DNA from: Antechinus flavipes
Taxonomy: Eukaryota
DNA: 64,000 bases
Direction of reading: 5' to 3'
Assembly: GCF_016432865.1 (NCBI RefSeq)
Contig: NC_067399.1
Span: 681,876,001 to 681,940,000, forward strand
Shown here: piece after piece, positions 50,041-63,765 of the stretch
How the letters are laid out: each line of letters begins with the position of its first letter
Numbering within the stretch: the first letter of the stretch is position 1
The notes under the pieces: model-generated
Told to the model about the DNA's origin: nothing
Seen by the model: only the letters and a program-made list of their open reading frames with translations
Databases searched by the model: none
Position numbers and translations under genes: made by a program

Positions 50041-53000
50041 CTGTTTCTCATCCTATTTTTGTTAATACTGTTAGAAATTCTAATGATTTCTTTTTTGCAT
50101 CACACCATATATTTATTAAAGCAATGAATCTTCTCCCTTCATTGCTTGAACTGTCATAATTGTTTCTGGTCTTTTCTCTAATCAATAATCATGTCCCCCA
50201 GTATCCCACACTTATATAGTCACAGCTTTACCATTATCTCAAGTCTTGTGACTTGTATGATTCACGGGCATCTAGCCTGGAAGGGAACGGGGTCTCCCTT
50301 GTAATACCATGAAAAGGTTCATTTCAAATGCCAATGGCTAAATCTGCTGGCACTACTAGGAACATAAGGACAATGTGAAATGCTTGGAGGAGAAGACAAA
50401 TGAGGAGCAAAGGCACGATAGGGAAAGGCTCAGACAATGGGGAAGGTGGTTCAAGGAACAAAAGGCTTATGTCTTGCTCTTCGGCTATTTTTGTCTGTAA
50501 GAATCTCTCTGTTGAGTCATTTGAGCCGTTCTCACTGTCATTTTAAAACTTTCATATTTGCTGAATTTTCTGGTGTTTTTTTCTTTGTAAAAAAAATGTG
50601 ATGTGCTATGTGGGAAGAGGTGAGAGCTATGCTCAAGGTTTACTCTTCTGCTGATCTCTTCCTCCGACTATGAGTGGCTCTTCAAATCCATCAGCTCTTC
50701 CTGCACCCACGTATCCATGGATCAGACTCTTTTATTCCAGGGAACTTGAACTCCTAAAGGGCGCCGTAGCTGCTCTCTTCCTTCTTCTCAATTTATCTTA
50801 TGTCACTTTTGTTCTGTCCTGCCCAATGTCTGAGTCCCTCTCCTTAGCAAAAATACAAGAATGATATGAAGAGAACAAGCTTCTATTCATAGTTTATTAT
50901 ATTGTGAACCCATCTATCTCTGAGAAATTCATTGATTCTCTTTTAGTGTCAAGATACAATACTTGAAAAATCGTTGTTGTTGCCTTTCTCTTAGCTTTTG
51001 TGGAAGAAGGTATAGAGTGTATGTTATTTTAGTAGATATGTACTGACTGAGTCTGCCATATATCCACTCTCCTTGGTACTGAACTTGCACATACTGAAGG
51101 CATTCCAAAAAACTTCTTAGGATAAAGGTAAAATCAGCAATGACAGTTGCATCAAGACAGTTAGACTTGACTCAAAGAGAGACAATGTAAACTGCACTAA
51201 AAGTCACCTGATCATCTTCCCCAGCAAGTCATTAATGGTATCCCTGAGTTTATGAGACTACATCTAATGAAAGCTATTCTATGGGTATCCAGTTTATGCC
51301 CACATCTTAAAACATTAAAGATCTCAGATGTTGTCCATCAGCCAGTCACAACAGGCTACTTTAAGTCTTAGGAGTGTGACTGACTTGATTCATAGATTTT
51401 ATGTAATAAATCATAGTTCTTGAAAGCAAAAGAGTGAGATGTTTCACTTATTTATTTTCTCATCTATCATCTATCTGTCCATTTATCTTTTGTCTATCTA
51501 TCCATCTGTCTATTTATCATTATTTTTATATTCGAAAAACATCTTGTTTTGATTTTCTTGTCAGCCCCAGATCTTCTTCCTGAGCTTTACCATAACTATC
51601 TTCCTAGGGGTCTTCTGTTCTTTTTTGTTCCTCCTGGATTACTGTTTTTTTTTCCATTTTCTGTCGATGCCTTTAAAATCAAATTTGGTTGGTGAACTCA
51701 CTGTGCATCCACATCAATCTCATCAGAGGCATTCCCCTTTGTCTTCTTTCAAGAACTCTTTTTCTCAATATAAACTTTTTTTTCCTTGAGAGGTTTCTGA
51801 ATTCTCTAAAAGTTGGGACACATTTTAGATCATGCCAAGATTTTTTTATAACCATGACCAATTTAAAAATAGGGTGGTTATCTTTCCCCAGATTAGCATC
51901 ATTTAATTTTAGCAATGAATTCATTTTAGCAAGTTAGCTAAATAACATTTAGCAATTGATTTTAGCAAGGAATTCATCTTTCATTCCTAGAATAATGATT
52001 TAATTACTGTAAGACCTAAGGCAAGCCAAATCTCTTCATCCCTTCGTTGGATCTCAGCTTCCTCCTTCCCAAAATAACAGATGATCTGTATCGGTCATCT
52101 TGGAGACCATAACATGAGACTTGTGATAACTGTAAAATGATTGAGATAAAGGGAGCAACTCCAAAGATCTTGAAGAGTCGACCAAATTTGTCCTTGAAAA
52201 AGGAGAATCAGTCATTTGGATTCCTGAAATATAACAATCCTTTGCTGTAAGGAAAATAAATCAGAGCGCTCCATGCCTTATAAAATGCAAAATTTCACAC
52301 CTGTGAATCAAATACATAGATAATGACTTAAATGCACCTGCAATCAATTTTATTTTGTCTAGAATTTTTCCAATGTAAATTGAATGATTGAAAAGGGTAA
52401 AAAAGTATTTAAACTACTAATGTGTCAATTATCTTGATTACTCATGAGCTTTATTTTAAATATAAGCCTTTTAGGTAGAATTCATTTTATGAATGAGTGA
52501 CATTGCTTGAAAATATTTCCTCTAATTTTATATTAAAATTTATTTTATTATAATTGGAATTCACTATCCATAATTTATCGAAAGAGGATTTAAGTGGAAA
52601 GGGAAGTCAACCAAAACTAGGAAAATGTATTGGATAATGAATATTATATTCCAATATCAGGAGTATACCTTGTGAGTGGGGATCTGTAGTATAGGTGTCC
52701 ATATAACAAAAAAAATCAGTTGTTTGGGACTATGGAATTTTATATAAAGTCACCAATAACATATTGATGCAAATGGAAGGCATAAATAATAAGCTCTGTT
52801 TAAAGCTGAACATTTCAAATACATTTTAAATTTGGATTTCACAATAAAATATTTTCAAAGTGTTGTAGAGTTCTGAAAATATGGCAGAGTAAAAGGCACC
52901 AGTCTAGCTGCTCAATTTTCCTTATAAAAATTGAGATAGGAAAAAGTCTGAAAAGTAAGTAAATGACAAATTACATACACCTATACTCACTCATGTTGTA

Positions 53001-53849
53001 TTCATATCTATCCAGCTATATCTCTATTTCTATATCCATATATCTGTGTGTATGTGTAAGAGTGGGGAGTATAGATTAACTCAATCACCTCTTCCCCTCC
53101 CCAACAATGACTACTTATAAAGCAGCTGGAAAGATTCTCTAAGGCTGATACATTTAACAGGTGAGAATACTTCTGTTCATATTAAAAAAAAAAAAACATT
53201 AAACTTGAAATGAGAAGCCTTCCATCAATTTGGAAATTTACTGGAAAAAATTCAATGTGCTGCACAGTTATTATAGTGAATTTGAGTAATAATACCTAGT
53301 CAACTCCTTTGAGGTTTTCAAAAGACCAAGCTAGATGGGAGCTTAAATTTTGAGTTGGGAAGACAAGAGAAGAGGGTTCTCCCCCCTTGCTCCCACCAAA
53401 GGCTCTGAGGAAGGACCTCTTTAGGGAGTGGAGGGAATTTTGTCTTTATTCCCTTATTTTGACTTTGATTGGAGGATGACTTTGTATATTTTAGAGGTGA
53501 TTGACTTTATATAAGTGGACACTGGCTTATTGAGTAGGAGGATGTTTTGGCTAGACCTGCAGTTGAATGAACATGACTTTGATGGGTAAATAGAAGGACT
53601 GGATTGGGGAAAGACTTAGGCAAGCAAATTTTCAGTGGCTACTGCAAGAATCCATGAGTGACTGCACAGAGTGAAGGCAGAATCAGAATAAGGGAGTACA
53701 GTCAAATGATGTTGTAGAGGTGACATTTACAGGCCTTGGTAACAACTTGAGTCTGGAGGTTGGATGAGAGATAAAGTCCACATTGAATTCTAGATTTTGA
53801 GCCAAAAGAATGGGGAGAATAGGGTTTCCTTCTACTAAGAAAAGTGGGA

Positions 53850-54436
53850 ATATCCATCAACTGGAGAATGGCTGAATACATTATGGTATATGAATGTAAT
53901 GTAACATTATTATTCCATAAGAAATGATCAGCAGGATGATTTCAGAGAGTCCTACAGAGACTTGCATGATTGATGCTAAGGGAAATGAGCAGAACCAGGA
54001 GATCAGTGTACACGGCAACAAGAAGATTATATGATGATCAATTTTGATGGACGTCACTCTTCTCAACAATGAGATGATTCAGGCCAGTTCCAATGGTCTT
54101 GTGATGGAGAGAGCCATCTGTACTCAAAGAGCAGTTTGTGGGAACTGAGTGTGGATCACAACATAGCATGTTCACTTCTTTTGTTGTTTGCTTGAATTTT
54201 ATTTTATTTCTCTCTTTTTTTTCTTTTTTGATCTGATTTTTCTTGTACAGCAAGATAATTGTATAAATATGCATGCCTATATTGCATTTACATATGTTTT
54301 ACACATATTGGATTACTTGCTATCTGGAGGAGGGGAGGGAGGGAAAAATTGGAACCCAAGGTTTTGCAAGGGTCAATGTTGAAAAATTATCCTTGCATAT
54401 GTTTTGAAAATAAAAAGCTCCGATAAAAAAGAAAAA
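53850..54436 (+). mobile_element. 5'-truncated L1 (ORF2 tail + 3'UTR)
   Basis: Homologous to 6780-7384; TSD aagaaaa(g/a)tggga at 53837-53849 and 54437-54449 (12/13 match). Confidence 0.9.
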
Positions 54437-54515
54437 AAGAAAAATGGGAGGTGTAAGGGTTTGGGGAGAATGTCATGCATGCAGTTTGGGACATGTTGAG
54501 CTTTTAAAAAATCTA

Positions 54516-54656
54516 CTGGTGGGCAGTGAGGTGACGCAATTGATAGAGCACAGGACCTGAGTTCAAATCTCCCCTCATACACTTAATACATCTTAGCTGT
54601 GTGACTCTGGGCAAGTCACTTAACCCCAATTGTCTCAGCAAAAAAAAAAAAAAAAA
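54516..54656 (+). mobile_element. Young WSINE1-like SINE with polyA
   Basis: gggcag...gatagagcacaggacctgagttcaaat...ctgggcaagtcacttaaccccaattgtctcagc(A)16. Confidence 0.8.
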
Positions 54657-55629
54657 GTCTAACGGACATCTAGATTGAAAGGTCTGGAGGTCTGAAAGAC
54701 AGAAATATGACACCAAAGGTAAGTAGGGAGATTAGAGCAATCTAGGGTGATCTGTGAATTATCAGCATAGAGCTGGTAATTAAATCTTTGGCAGTTGATG
54801 AGAACCCTAAAGAAGTTGTATAGAGGGAAAAGAGAAAACAACCCAGGAACATGTCCCTGTAGGACACCCATGATCTGAAAGAGAATTCAGCAAAGAAGGC
54901 AGAGAAGGAGCAGTCAGAAAGGTGGGAGTAGAACCAGGAGAGGAAAACTTAGATGAGAGAACCGAGGATAAGAGGGGGATCAGGAGTTTCCAAGGCTTCA
55001 GAGAGAGGTCAAAGAGCAGGAGGATTGAGAAAAGGCCATTGGATTTGGCAGGTAAGAGATCACTGGTAACTTTGGAGAGGGCAGTTTCTATGTGAGATGA
55101 AATCAGAAGCCAGACTGTCAAGAAGAGAGGGAAGAAAGTAGAGATCCAAGTATAGATAGCTTCTCTGAGGAGTTTAGCTACAAAGAACCGGAGACATTGA
55201 ACGCTTCTTATCAGGATGGATGATCAGATTCTCTCACTACGGGGATCCTTGGGCAGACTCCATAGAGAGACAGATAAAGGATCTTCCCTCTAACCAGGAG
55301 CTCGGGGCCATGTGCACCCTCTAAACTCAAGCCCACTTTTCTCTGTTGGGAGATGTTCCAAGGTATGTTTCTTACCAACTGTTCTTATAGAGCTACAATA
55401 AGTTTGCCCACTCCCATCATTAAGCTAATTAGGCAGGGCTGGCTAATTGTTAATCAATGGCTGAAGCGAGCCAGTGGGGAATTGGAGTAATAGCTTTAAA
55501 GATATCCCCAATGCTCAGGCTTTCCCTCTGCTGGCATGGCAATGGGTTTAAGATAATAACCACAAAACATGAACTAAATAAAGAAAAGAAGAGAAAGTAA
55601 TAGGAAGCATGCACATTTATACAACATTT

Positions 55630-55800
55630 CACATTAACTCAAATTCACCACTCTGGAAGGTAAGTGCTAGGATTTTTACAGTTGAGGAAAATGAGGCAGA
55701 CAGATATAGGGGCTTGTCCATCCTCACACTTTTAAGTGTCCAGGACTAGAGGGATTTCCTGAATCCTGACCTAGTACTCTATCCATTGCACCAACTAGCT
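55630..55800 (-). mobile_element. MIR/CORE-SINE
   Basis: ttttacagttgaggaaaatgaggc. Confidence 0.65.
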
Positions 55801-57019
55801 GTATTATGATTAGAAATAGAGAACAACCCATCAAATAAATAAACAAGCAAAAATAATAATAATCTGGTGAACAAATATTATAAAATAAATATCGTCAGAA
55901 GTCATTTGAAAGAGAAAAGGTGGAAAACATATCTAGAAGCAAAGTTATTCATAGCCCAATATATCAAGTTGGAATTAAATTTTAAATAGCTTTTTTAATG
56001 GGGGTGAGGGGTGGGGAGGTAACCTGGCAGCCCAGTAGATGGAGAGCTGGACAATCTAAACTCCCATCGAACCTCTGACATTCACTGACTCTGTGGCCAT
56101 GGGCAAATCTCTTGAGTTTCTTTCCCATTTATTTTGAGATTGGCCAAGATGGTCTTTTCAGCTCCAAATTGTTGGGTTCTGAGGATTTTTCCCCAACTTT
56201 TTCTCTCTCTTTCCAAAATATCCTCCATAGAGCCACCACTCTATTATTAAAAATATGTATAAAAATAATATGGATCAAATAAAAATCAATGTTCTCCCTC
56301 TCCAAATGGTTAATGGTTAACTAGTGCCTCTAAAGCAAAATAAAAAATAAAAAAGCAAAAAAAAAATTAAAAATTAAAAAAAAATAAAGCAAAAAAAAAA
56401 AAATTCCTGCTCAACTTGGCTTCCTTCTTCATTGCAGTCATGGCACAATAGGTACTGACTCCCATGTCCACTTCCCCCTTCCAGGAAAACTGTCTGGTCA
56501 GCTGAACTGGATGATCCATTCTGCTTCCACCATTCATGCCTAGCCCTTTGAGAAGACCTAGAATTCTCAAAAATACAGCCAATGTGCCTCCTTGACCATT
56601 TTTCTCTCCCCTGGAAATGGCTTCATAAAGAGATGAGGGCAGTGTTATATTGGGTGTGGTAAAGAAAGCCAGGAAAATCTGCATTAAAATCCTGTCACTG
56701 GGATACAAGCCTGGCTGGGTGATCTTTTAGAAGTCCCTCAATCTCTCAGGATCCAGAAATTCTTTAAGATCAGGTTGTAGAGAATGTGGCAATCTGCATT
56801 GATGGAGGGAGTTTGCTCAACAAGGAGTTCTTTTTCCCAAAGACATCCTAGACATATCCTATGCCCTTGTGAATATTTATTGGACTGACTGCAACTTATC
56901 CAGATCCTCTGTAATAAGATGTTACATAACAAGAATAAGAGAACAAAACAAAATGTGAAAGAAAGAAAATGCTGGAGAAGTTGATTAAACTTGACCATAT
57001 TCTCTGCTCTCTTCTTCCC

Positions 57020-57550
57020 ATTCAAGAAACTTCAGTAGCTCCCTGTTACCTCCAAGGTCAAATATAAAATTTTCTGTTTGGCTTTTGTAACCCTTCATAA
57101 TTTGTTTTCCCCTTCCAGTTTTCTTATACCTCAGTCCCATCTATTTATCAGGATTATTGACTTCTCCATGTTCTTGGAAAAGACACTCCATCTTGCACTA
57201 CCAGGTGTTTTAACCTGCTGTGCCCCATGTTTGGAATGCTTCTCCCTTCCCATCATCACTTTCTCTATTTTCTGGCTTATTTTAAGTCACAGCAAAAATA
57301 TCATCTTCTGCAAGAAGCTTTTCTCCATCTCCCTTAGTGCTAATGCTTTTTCTTTGAAATTATTTCAATAGTTCCTGACTTTTCTGAATAATTCTGAAAG
57401 ATTTTTTGCAAATAGATCCTATTTATATGTGTATGGCTATTATTTATGGTTAGATTTTGAGCTCCATGAGGGCAAGGACTCTTCTCCAGTATTTAACACA
57501 GTATCAGGCATATAGAAGCTTGTTAATAAATTCAGATAGACTTAATTAAT
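57020..57550 (+). mobile_element. L2 3' end
   Basis: ttttgagctccatgagggcaaggact...agtatttaacacagtatcaggcatatagaagcttgttaataaa. Confidence 0.75.
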
Positions 57551-58249
57551 AAATGTTAACATAAAAGAATGAGGACCCATGTCATCCTGGCAGAAGTAAA
57601 AGAGGGAGTGAAGTCATAAGATCCAAGGGCAGCACATGAGGTAAAAGCTTGCAGATTTCATGAGCAAAGGTGATCGAATGAGAGTACAGAGCTCAGAGAT
57701 AATTTCAGTCCCTGAACATTAAAAAAAACCAAAACAAAACACAAACCCAACACTAAAAATCAAAGTGTCTCCCAATTCTTTAGGAACTATGGAATGAAAT
57801 TTCAAAGGAAGATTATTGCAAAGAGATAGACTAAACCTAGAAGAAACCCTGCAGAATCACAGGAAATAATGACAGAAATATGGGAGCATTTAATATATAG
57901 GGCAAGAGTGTGCCTTTAATAGAGAACCATCTGTAGTTGCTGACTTAGGCAAATGGCATAAAACTCAACCACCACATTAATAGAGGGCTTTGAGATCCAA
58001 TAAAAAGGGGAAATAGAACTTATTAAGGAACTCAGGCTTGAAATATAAAGAAATATTTGCCAAACAAATATTTTAAGGAAATGGTTGGAATGTAAGTACT
58101 TTGTCATGGGCAAGCCAAACATTCCCCGCCATATTCAGCCAGGGAACTAGGATTAATGTTTTAATATAGGACACACTTTTAAAAGATTTTTTTACATTTT
58201 CTGAAGTCTTAAAATTATCAATCAACAAATATTTATTAAACATTTACTA

Positions 58250-58974
58250 TGTTATAGGAACTGAGCTAAGAATGCAAAGAAAAAACAAAATAAGTAAACA
58301 GATAAATAAAGAAATTAAGAAACAAATGATAGTGGATTAAAATAATTAATGTTTTAGACATAATCTCCAAGTAAAACAATTGAAGAAAGTGGGGATAAAT
58401 GGGGAAGAAGCCAAAAAGTAAAAAAGAATCCATCCAAGGACTGGGATCATGTTTTGTTTTTGTGTTAGGATCTGAGCCTACATGGATTCCTAATGAGAAG
58501 GACTGGAATTTGGTTAAGGTTTTATTTTGCTGGGTCACTGTCTACTGAGACACTGCCTACTGAGTATTTAAAGACTGAAAATAAATCTGTGCCTAAGATA
58601 GTAGATGCCTGGGTAGGAAACTGTGCTCCTGAAGAGTCTGCTTCTCCTTTTGTGTGGTGGGAATGAGAGGCTAAGAGCATGACCAATGGCAGTATGGTCA
58701 TTGTAAACAGTAAAATAGCTCCTATGGGAACTTTACCCACCCTTGTGACCACAGATCATCTCTTTGTACTAAGCCTCCTTGGTTATATCGCTATATAATA
58801 TCTGACCTGACCTAAGTAAAGTAGGATATTTATTGCCCAGGCCTGGTCTTGTGAATAAGCTTGTCCAATAAAACCTATTTATTACCATTCTAGACTGAAC
58901 TGTGTCTCTTTCTCCAGAATCTCGGCATTCCCCAGGACTTGGGGCCATGCCTCTGAAAAGTCTGCAACCTTACA
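58250..58974 (+). mobile_element. Solo LTR (4-bp TSD, ERV1-type)
   Basis: TG...CA termini; TSD acta at 58246-58249 and 58975-58978; TATA-like tatataa at 58792; AATAAA at 58867. Confidence 0.85.
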
Positions 58975-58979
58975 ACTAT

Positions 58980-59275
58980 CTAAAGGAAAATCAAGTCAAT
59001 CATATCTTTAAGTGAGAAGTCTGTATAACTGAGTATGAGATATAAAATCCTGGTTTGACCATTACAACTTGAATGTTCCCAGATTTAATTTCCATACACA
59101 AAAAGAATGAAGTTATAGACATTATTAAACATAAGTATTATGTTGCCTATAAGAAGCACAACTAAGACAGAAAAGCTCTTATAGCTTTAAAATAAGTCAT
59201 TAAAAATATCATGTATTTACCCTAGAAAATAAAAAGTGGCCATCGTGTTTTCAGATAAATAAGAAGTTAGAAAGA
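58980..59275 (+). mobile_element. Very old L1 ORF2 endonuclease-start fragment
   Basis: ttacaacttgaatgtt...tatgttgcctataagaagcaca resembles the L1 EN N-terminus (TLNV...CCLQETH). Confidence 0.45.
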
Positions 59276-59279
59276 ATTT

Positions 59280-59460
59280 GGAGAAGAGAGATAATAGACG
59301 GATTACCAGATTGAAGGTCTACAGAGTTCTCGGGCTGTCCTCATTGTTGTGTGCTTTGGAGACCTGGACAGTCTATCAGCTCCACACCAGGAAACTGAAC
59401 CACTTCCATTTGAATCGTCTCAGGAAGATTCTGGAGATCAACCAGCAAGATAAGATAATA
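59280..59460 (+). mobile_element. RTE LINE ORF C-terminal fragment
   Basis: TRLKVYRVLGLSSLLCALETWTVYQLHTRKLNHFHLNRLRKILEINQQDKI matches the RTE motif TKLKVY...LLYxxETWT...LRKIL.I.WQDKI. Confidence 0.85.
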
Positions 59461-60230
59461 TGTTACATGAGCAACCTGCTAGTGGCTGCTGGGGATCTAA
59501 TTCTGACCAGCAGAAGATCTCCCTTCATGTGAAAAATGATGTGAGAGAATGATGATGATACAAGGAGACTGAGAGGAAATTGCATTCTCTGATCTCTCTC
59601 CTCTTTCCTCTTGCCTCCAATTTATTTCATTCCCAATCCACAAGCAACATCTGTCAGTAAAGGCTGATTTGCATTTCCTTCAGGAGTGTTATGATTCACA
59701 GCTGTGGGGGCTTTTGGAGAACCAACCTGCCCCTTCACATTTAGGCGTGATCCTTAAAAATTCCCCATTTTTTGTCTTATGGGAACAAGATTATTCCCCC
59801 CCCCCAAAAAAAAAAAAAGCATGGCCAGTAAGTCCAATGTTATGTAGCAGCTGTTATCTGAGTCTGCATGCTGAGGAATACAAACAGTATATCAAAGTGT
59901 TTTCCATCCTATTCCTCTGGATGACTGCAGGGTGAGGCGCTATTGAATCTTGTGAGATGTGCTTCACTAATAGCCCATCATGGAGGCAAACTTTCTGACA
60001 AATGGAGAAGTAGGAGTGTAGTGGGCATTTTTCACAAGTCCCTTATCAGTCTTCTGGCTGGGCCCTTTGATGTGTTGGCCCATTTTAATTAGCCTGATTG
60101 AGCCTCCCCACTTTGTGTTTCTGTGGGACTAGCCCAGAGGTGTTTGCATTTCAAAATGGGCTAATCCTGGACCCCAGGTCTTTCTTCAGGTCTTCTTGGG
60201 TTGTATCTGGAGGACTGTTCTATCTCAACA
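59461..60230 (-). mobile_element. Solo LTR
   Basis: Minus-strand termini TGTTG...GTAACA, 770 bp, aataaa followed by pyrimidine-rich U5-like sequence; flanks aata/aatt (3/4 match). Confidence 0.7.
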
Positions 60231-60589
60231 AATTTCTTCTAATTTGGGAAGAAATCTGGAGAGCATGAAATTTGCTAACCTACTTTACTGTCTTCCCAGA
60301 ATCCTCTCCTAGGTCTCTATGTTTTCATAAAAATTTTTGATCTTATCAGCTTCATCATGGTGGGAGCATAGGTGCTAATGATGGAGCCATGGCCTTTTCC
60401 TGCAAATGAAAATCATGCTGTTGTGAGCCTGTTATTCACTCTTTTTGGTAAGTATAAAAGCTTCTTGAAAACATTAATTTTGAACAAAAATCTACAACAG
60501 CTTCATGGCATTCCCCTTCATTGTGACCACTCCAGGAAAAACAAAACAAAAACAAAAACAAAACATGTATTCAGCTTTGACTTCAGTAA

Positions 60590-60732
60590 GTATCATTACT
60601 ATTACTGCTGTTGCTACTGCTGCTGCTGCTACTACTACTACTACTATCACTATTACTACTACTACTACTGCTACTATTACTACTACTACTACCCCCACCA
60701 CCATCACTATTACTGCTACAACTACTGCTGTT
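60590..60732. repeat. Imperfect (ACT/GCT)n trinucleotide array
   Basis: Direct inspection. Confidence 0.95.
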
Positions 60733-60734
60733 AG

Positions 60735-60890
60735 CTACATCCTGCCAGTGGCCTTCCTGTCTTTGGTAAAGATCTCCAGTGACAAGGAGCTCACTGTCTC
60801 CCAAGGTACCCAATTCATCTCGTGGAAATTATTCCTTAATTTAGAGTCTAAGAGACTAATTAATTTTGTCCATTCTTATCCATAACTCTT
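60735..60890 (-). mobile_element. CR1/L3 3' fragment
   Basis: aaagatctccagtgacaaggagctcactgtctcccaagg...caattcatc. Confidence 0.55.
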
Positions 60891-61514
60891 TATCCTTTCT
60901 CCTATGCACAAAAGAAATAGATTTTATCCCTTATAATATGTGACAGAACTAAGGAAAGAATGACCACAGTTTTTAAGGGATTGTTTTTTATTGAAATAAG
61001 GCATTAAAATCCCAAAAGTGACTTTTAAAACTGACATTTATGCAACTTAGAGAATATATTTCCTAAAGACAAATATATGTCCCTGATTGCTTATATCAAA
61101 AAGATAACAAAAAATGTGGAATTTACCAATAAAATTAGAAAACTAGTAAGCTTATCTGTCTCAAATAAACCCCAAATTAGAGATCACTAAAATTGGGGAG
61201 GGGGGAGTGGTTGAAACCTGTTTTTATGGCTCAGAAATGGAGAAAATATTGTAGCTTATAAGAAAAAAAAAAAGAAAAAATGTGTTCCTTAAATTTAGTA
61301 GATTATGGGAACTCAAAATTAATGGTGAAAATAGTTATTAGAAAATGCCACAAACATTTGCATTCTACAAAAATTCATTTATTTGAAAATTATAAATTGA
61401 TGAAAAACTACAAATATATGGAATATCCAAATTAAACAAAATGAAATTAGTAAATAAACATTTCAGAAAAAGAAGCTAAACAGGTCATTAATGAAATATT
61501 CTGTTATAAAATCA

Positions 61515-62010
61515 GCTTGGTAGTAGATAGAGGGTAGAGGCCTGATTAAGAAGACCTGAGTTCACATCCAGCCTTATAACACTTACTAGCTCTTTGATAT
61601 TGAGCTAGTCATCTAACCACTGTCTACACTGAGTTTCTATCTGTGGAATGGGGATAATGAGACAAAGTTTCCAGGATTGTTATAAATATAAAAAAGAGAT
61701 AATATCTATGAAGTGCTAAGCCAGTATCTGGCACATGGTATGTAAATGACAGAGTAGTTAAGCCTATGAACCTTTCCTAAGATAATTTTTTGTTGTTCAA
61801 TAGTTTTAGTCATGACTTTTTGTGACCCTATTTGAGATTTTCTTGGTAGAGATATGAGAGTGATTTGCTACTTCCTTTTCTAACTCATTCTACAGATGGA
61901 GATACTGAAACAAACAGAATGAGGTGACTTCTTCAGGGTCATACAACTAGTAAGTATCTACTGCCATATTTAAATCCATGCCTTACTAGACCTAGCACTT
62001 TAGCCACTTA
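61515..62010. mobile_element. Two CORE-SINE fragments (61515-61740 on +, 61795-62010 on -)
   Basis: gacctgagttcacatccagcc...cacttactagc; ttctacagatggagatactgaaacaaacaga...gtgacttcttcagggtcatacaactagtaag. Confidence 0.75.
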
Positions 62011-62419
62011 GCTACCCATCTTAGAACAATGATTTTTTTTTCCCCCATAGGAATACAAAAGAAAGCTAAAGTGAACAAAGATAAAGACTTTTTTTAAAAC
62101 CAATCAAGTCAAAGATTTAGAAATCTATCCACATACTCCTTGGGAGCTGGGTAGGAATAGGAAGAAAATTGTCCTTGGAGAGTTTGAAGTCTGATGAAGA
62201 AAAATAGCAGGAATATAGTTCCATGGAGAGGTAGAGATGGACGTGAACATGGAAATGGAGATGAGATAGGAACAAAAAGATGGATAGAGATGAGATCTAA
62301 ATGAAGATACACAGTGATAAAACACAGAAAGACACAGATATGCATATAAATGTCTATGTATTGGAATATACTTATGTCTCTATACATCTATATATGTGCA
62401 TATGTGTATGTATATCAGC

Positions 62420-63010
62420 CCATATATAAAGAGTGTGCCCATATCAAGGCAATCAAGAAAGACTTCATGTAAGAAGTAGGACCTGAGCAAGGTTTCAAAG
62501 GCACCAAAGGCTTCTGTAAGGCACTGAAAAAGTATGACTTCAGGCCAGAGATCAGCCAGCATTAGGCTAACCTATGTCCACCATGGACAGTGGCTATTTT
62601 GAAAGTGCAAGGAAGTCACTTTGACTGCATGGTGAAGTGCATGGTTTGACAGAGAATGGCTAATATGAAATCAAACTGGGAAGAGTGAAGAAGTCTTTCA
62701 GTGACAGATGGAAGAATTTCTCTTTGATCCTAGAAATGATGGAGAACTATATCATTTTGGGGAATGGGGATTGATACTATGAAACAGGAAGGCAAATTAG
62801 TAGTGAGTAATTCAAGATAGAGTTAATGAGGGTCATCCCTGAAGTGATGAACTTGTGAGTGGAGAGAAGAGAACAGATTCAAGGGACACAGGGAATTTAG
62901 GATGAAGAGGATTTAGCACCTGATTTGACTGGGGAGAGGGAGTGGAAGATAAAGAAGTTCCATAGTTATGAAGCAGAGCAATTAGTATGATGACTGTGTC
63001 ATTGACAAAA
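62420..63010 (-). mobile_element. L2 fragment
   Basis: Purine-rich reverse L2 3' region (gacttcatgtaagaagtaggacctgagcaagg...). Confidence 0.6.
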
Positions 63011-63249
63011 ATAGGAAATCCAGAAAAAAAATTCAGAAAACCTAGAAATTGAAGGAAAAAAATAGTTTGGGGAAGCCATAATCAGATAAACTTGTTTTAA
63101 AATAAAGATAGTAATCTGATTTTTTTTATCAGATTGTATAAATTGTAAAAAAAAAAAAAAAAAAAGGAAAAGGAAACAATTGCCATTTTGTTCCAAAATA
63201 GAATTATGATCTTGATATCTAAATCAGGAATAGATAAAATAAACTAGAA

Positions 63250-63717
63250 AATAATATTTCCAAATGAACATTCTCAAACACACACATGTAAGCAGACAAA
63301 ACAAAACAACAAAATAAGTAGATGAATAATAATGAAGTCCAGAAAAATAGACGACAATAACATTTTAGAAAGATTATCTAATATAGACAGAATCAATTTA
63401 TATAAGTCTTAATAAGATGGTTTATTATAAGTCAGATAGTCAATAAATATAATAAACCACATTAATAACAAAAATAAAAATCATAATTTTATCAATTGAT
63501 GTCAAAAAAACCACCTTTTTCTATGAAGAAAAACACTAAAAATAAAAACTAAAGAAGCTTTTTTTTTTGGTTATATAATAAGTAATACCTAAAATCAAGA
63601 GCAAATCCTGTCAGTAACAGAGAATACTTCAAAGATTTACCAGTAAGATTAGTTATAAAGCAAAGCTATTATCACCACGATTATGAAATGCCTATAGTGA
63701 TCATTCCTTAGAACAAA

Positions 63718-63765
<48 letters not shown>

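Larger units (their letters stand above)
53440..55220 (-). mobile_element. Old L2 LINE interrupted by an L1 and a young SINE
   Basis: RT remnant NYQLYADNSQI (54659-54871) and KVTSDLLPAKSNGLFSILLLFDLS (54807-55121). Confidence 0.8.

Noticed and set aside
56400-56460. FLLNLA GPCR/olfactory-like TM2 motif
   Set aside because: Stop codon after 16 residues and no other 7TM motifs nearby
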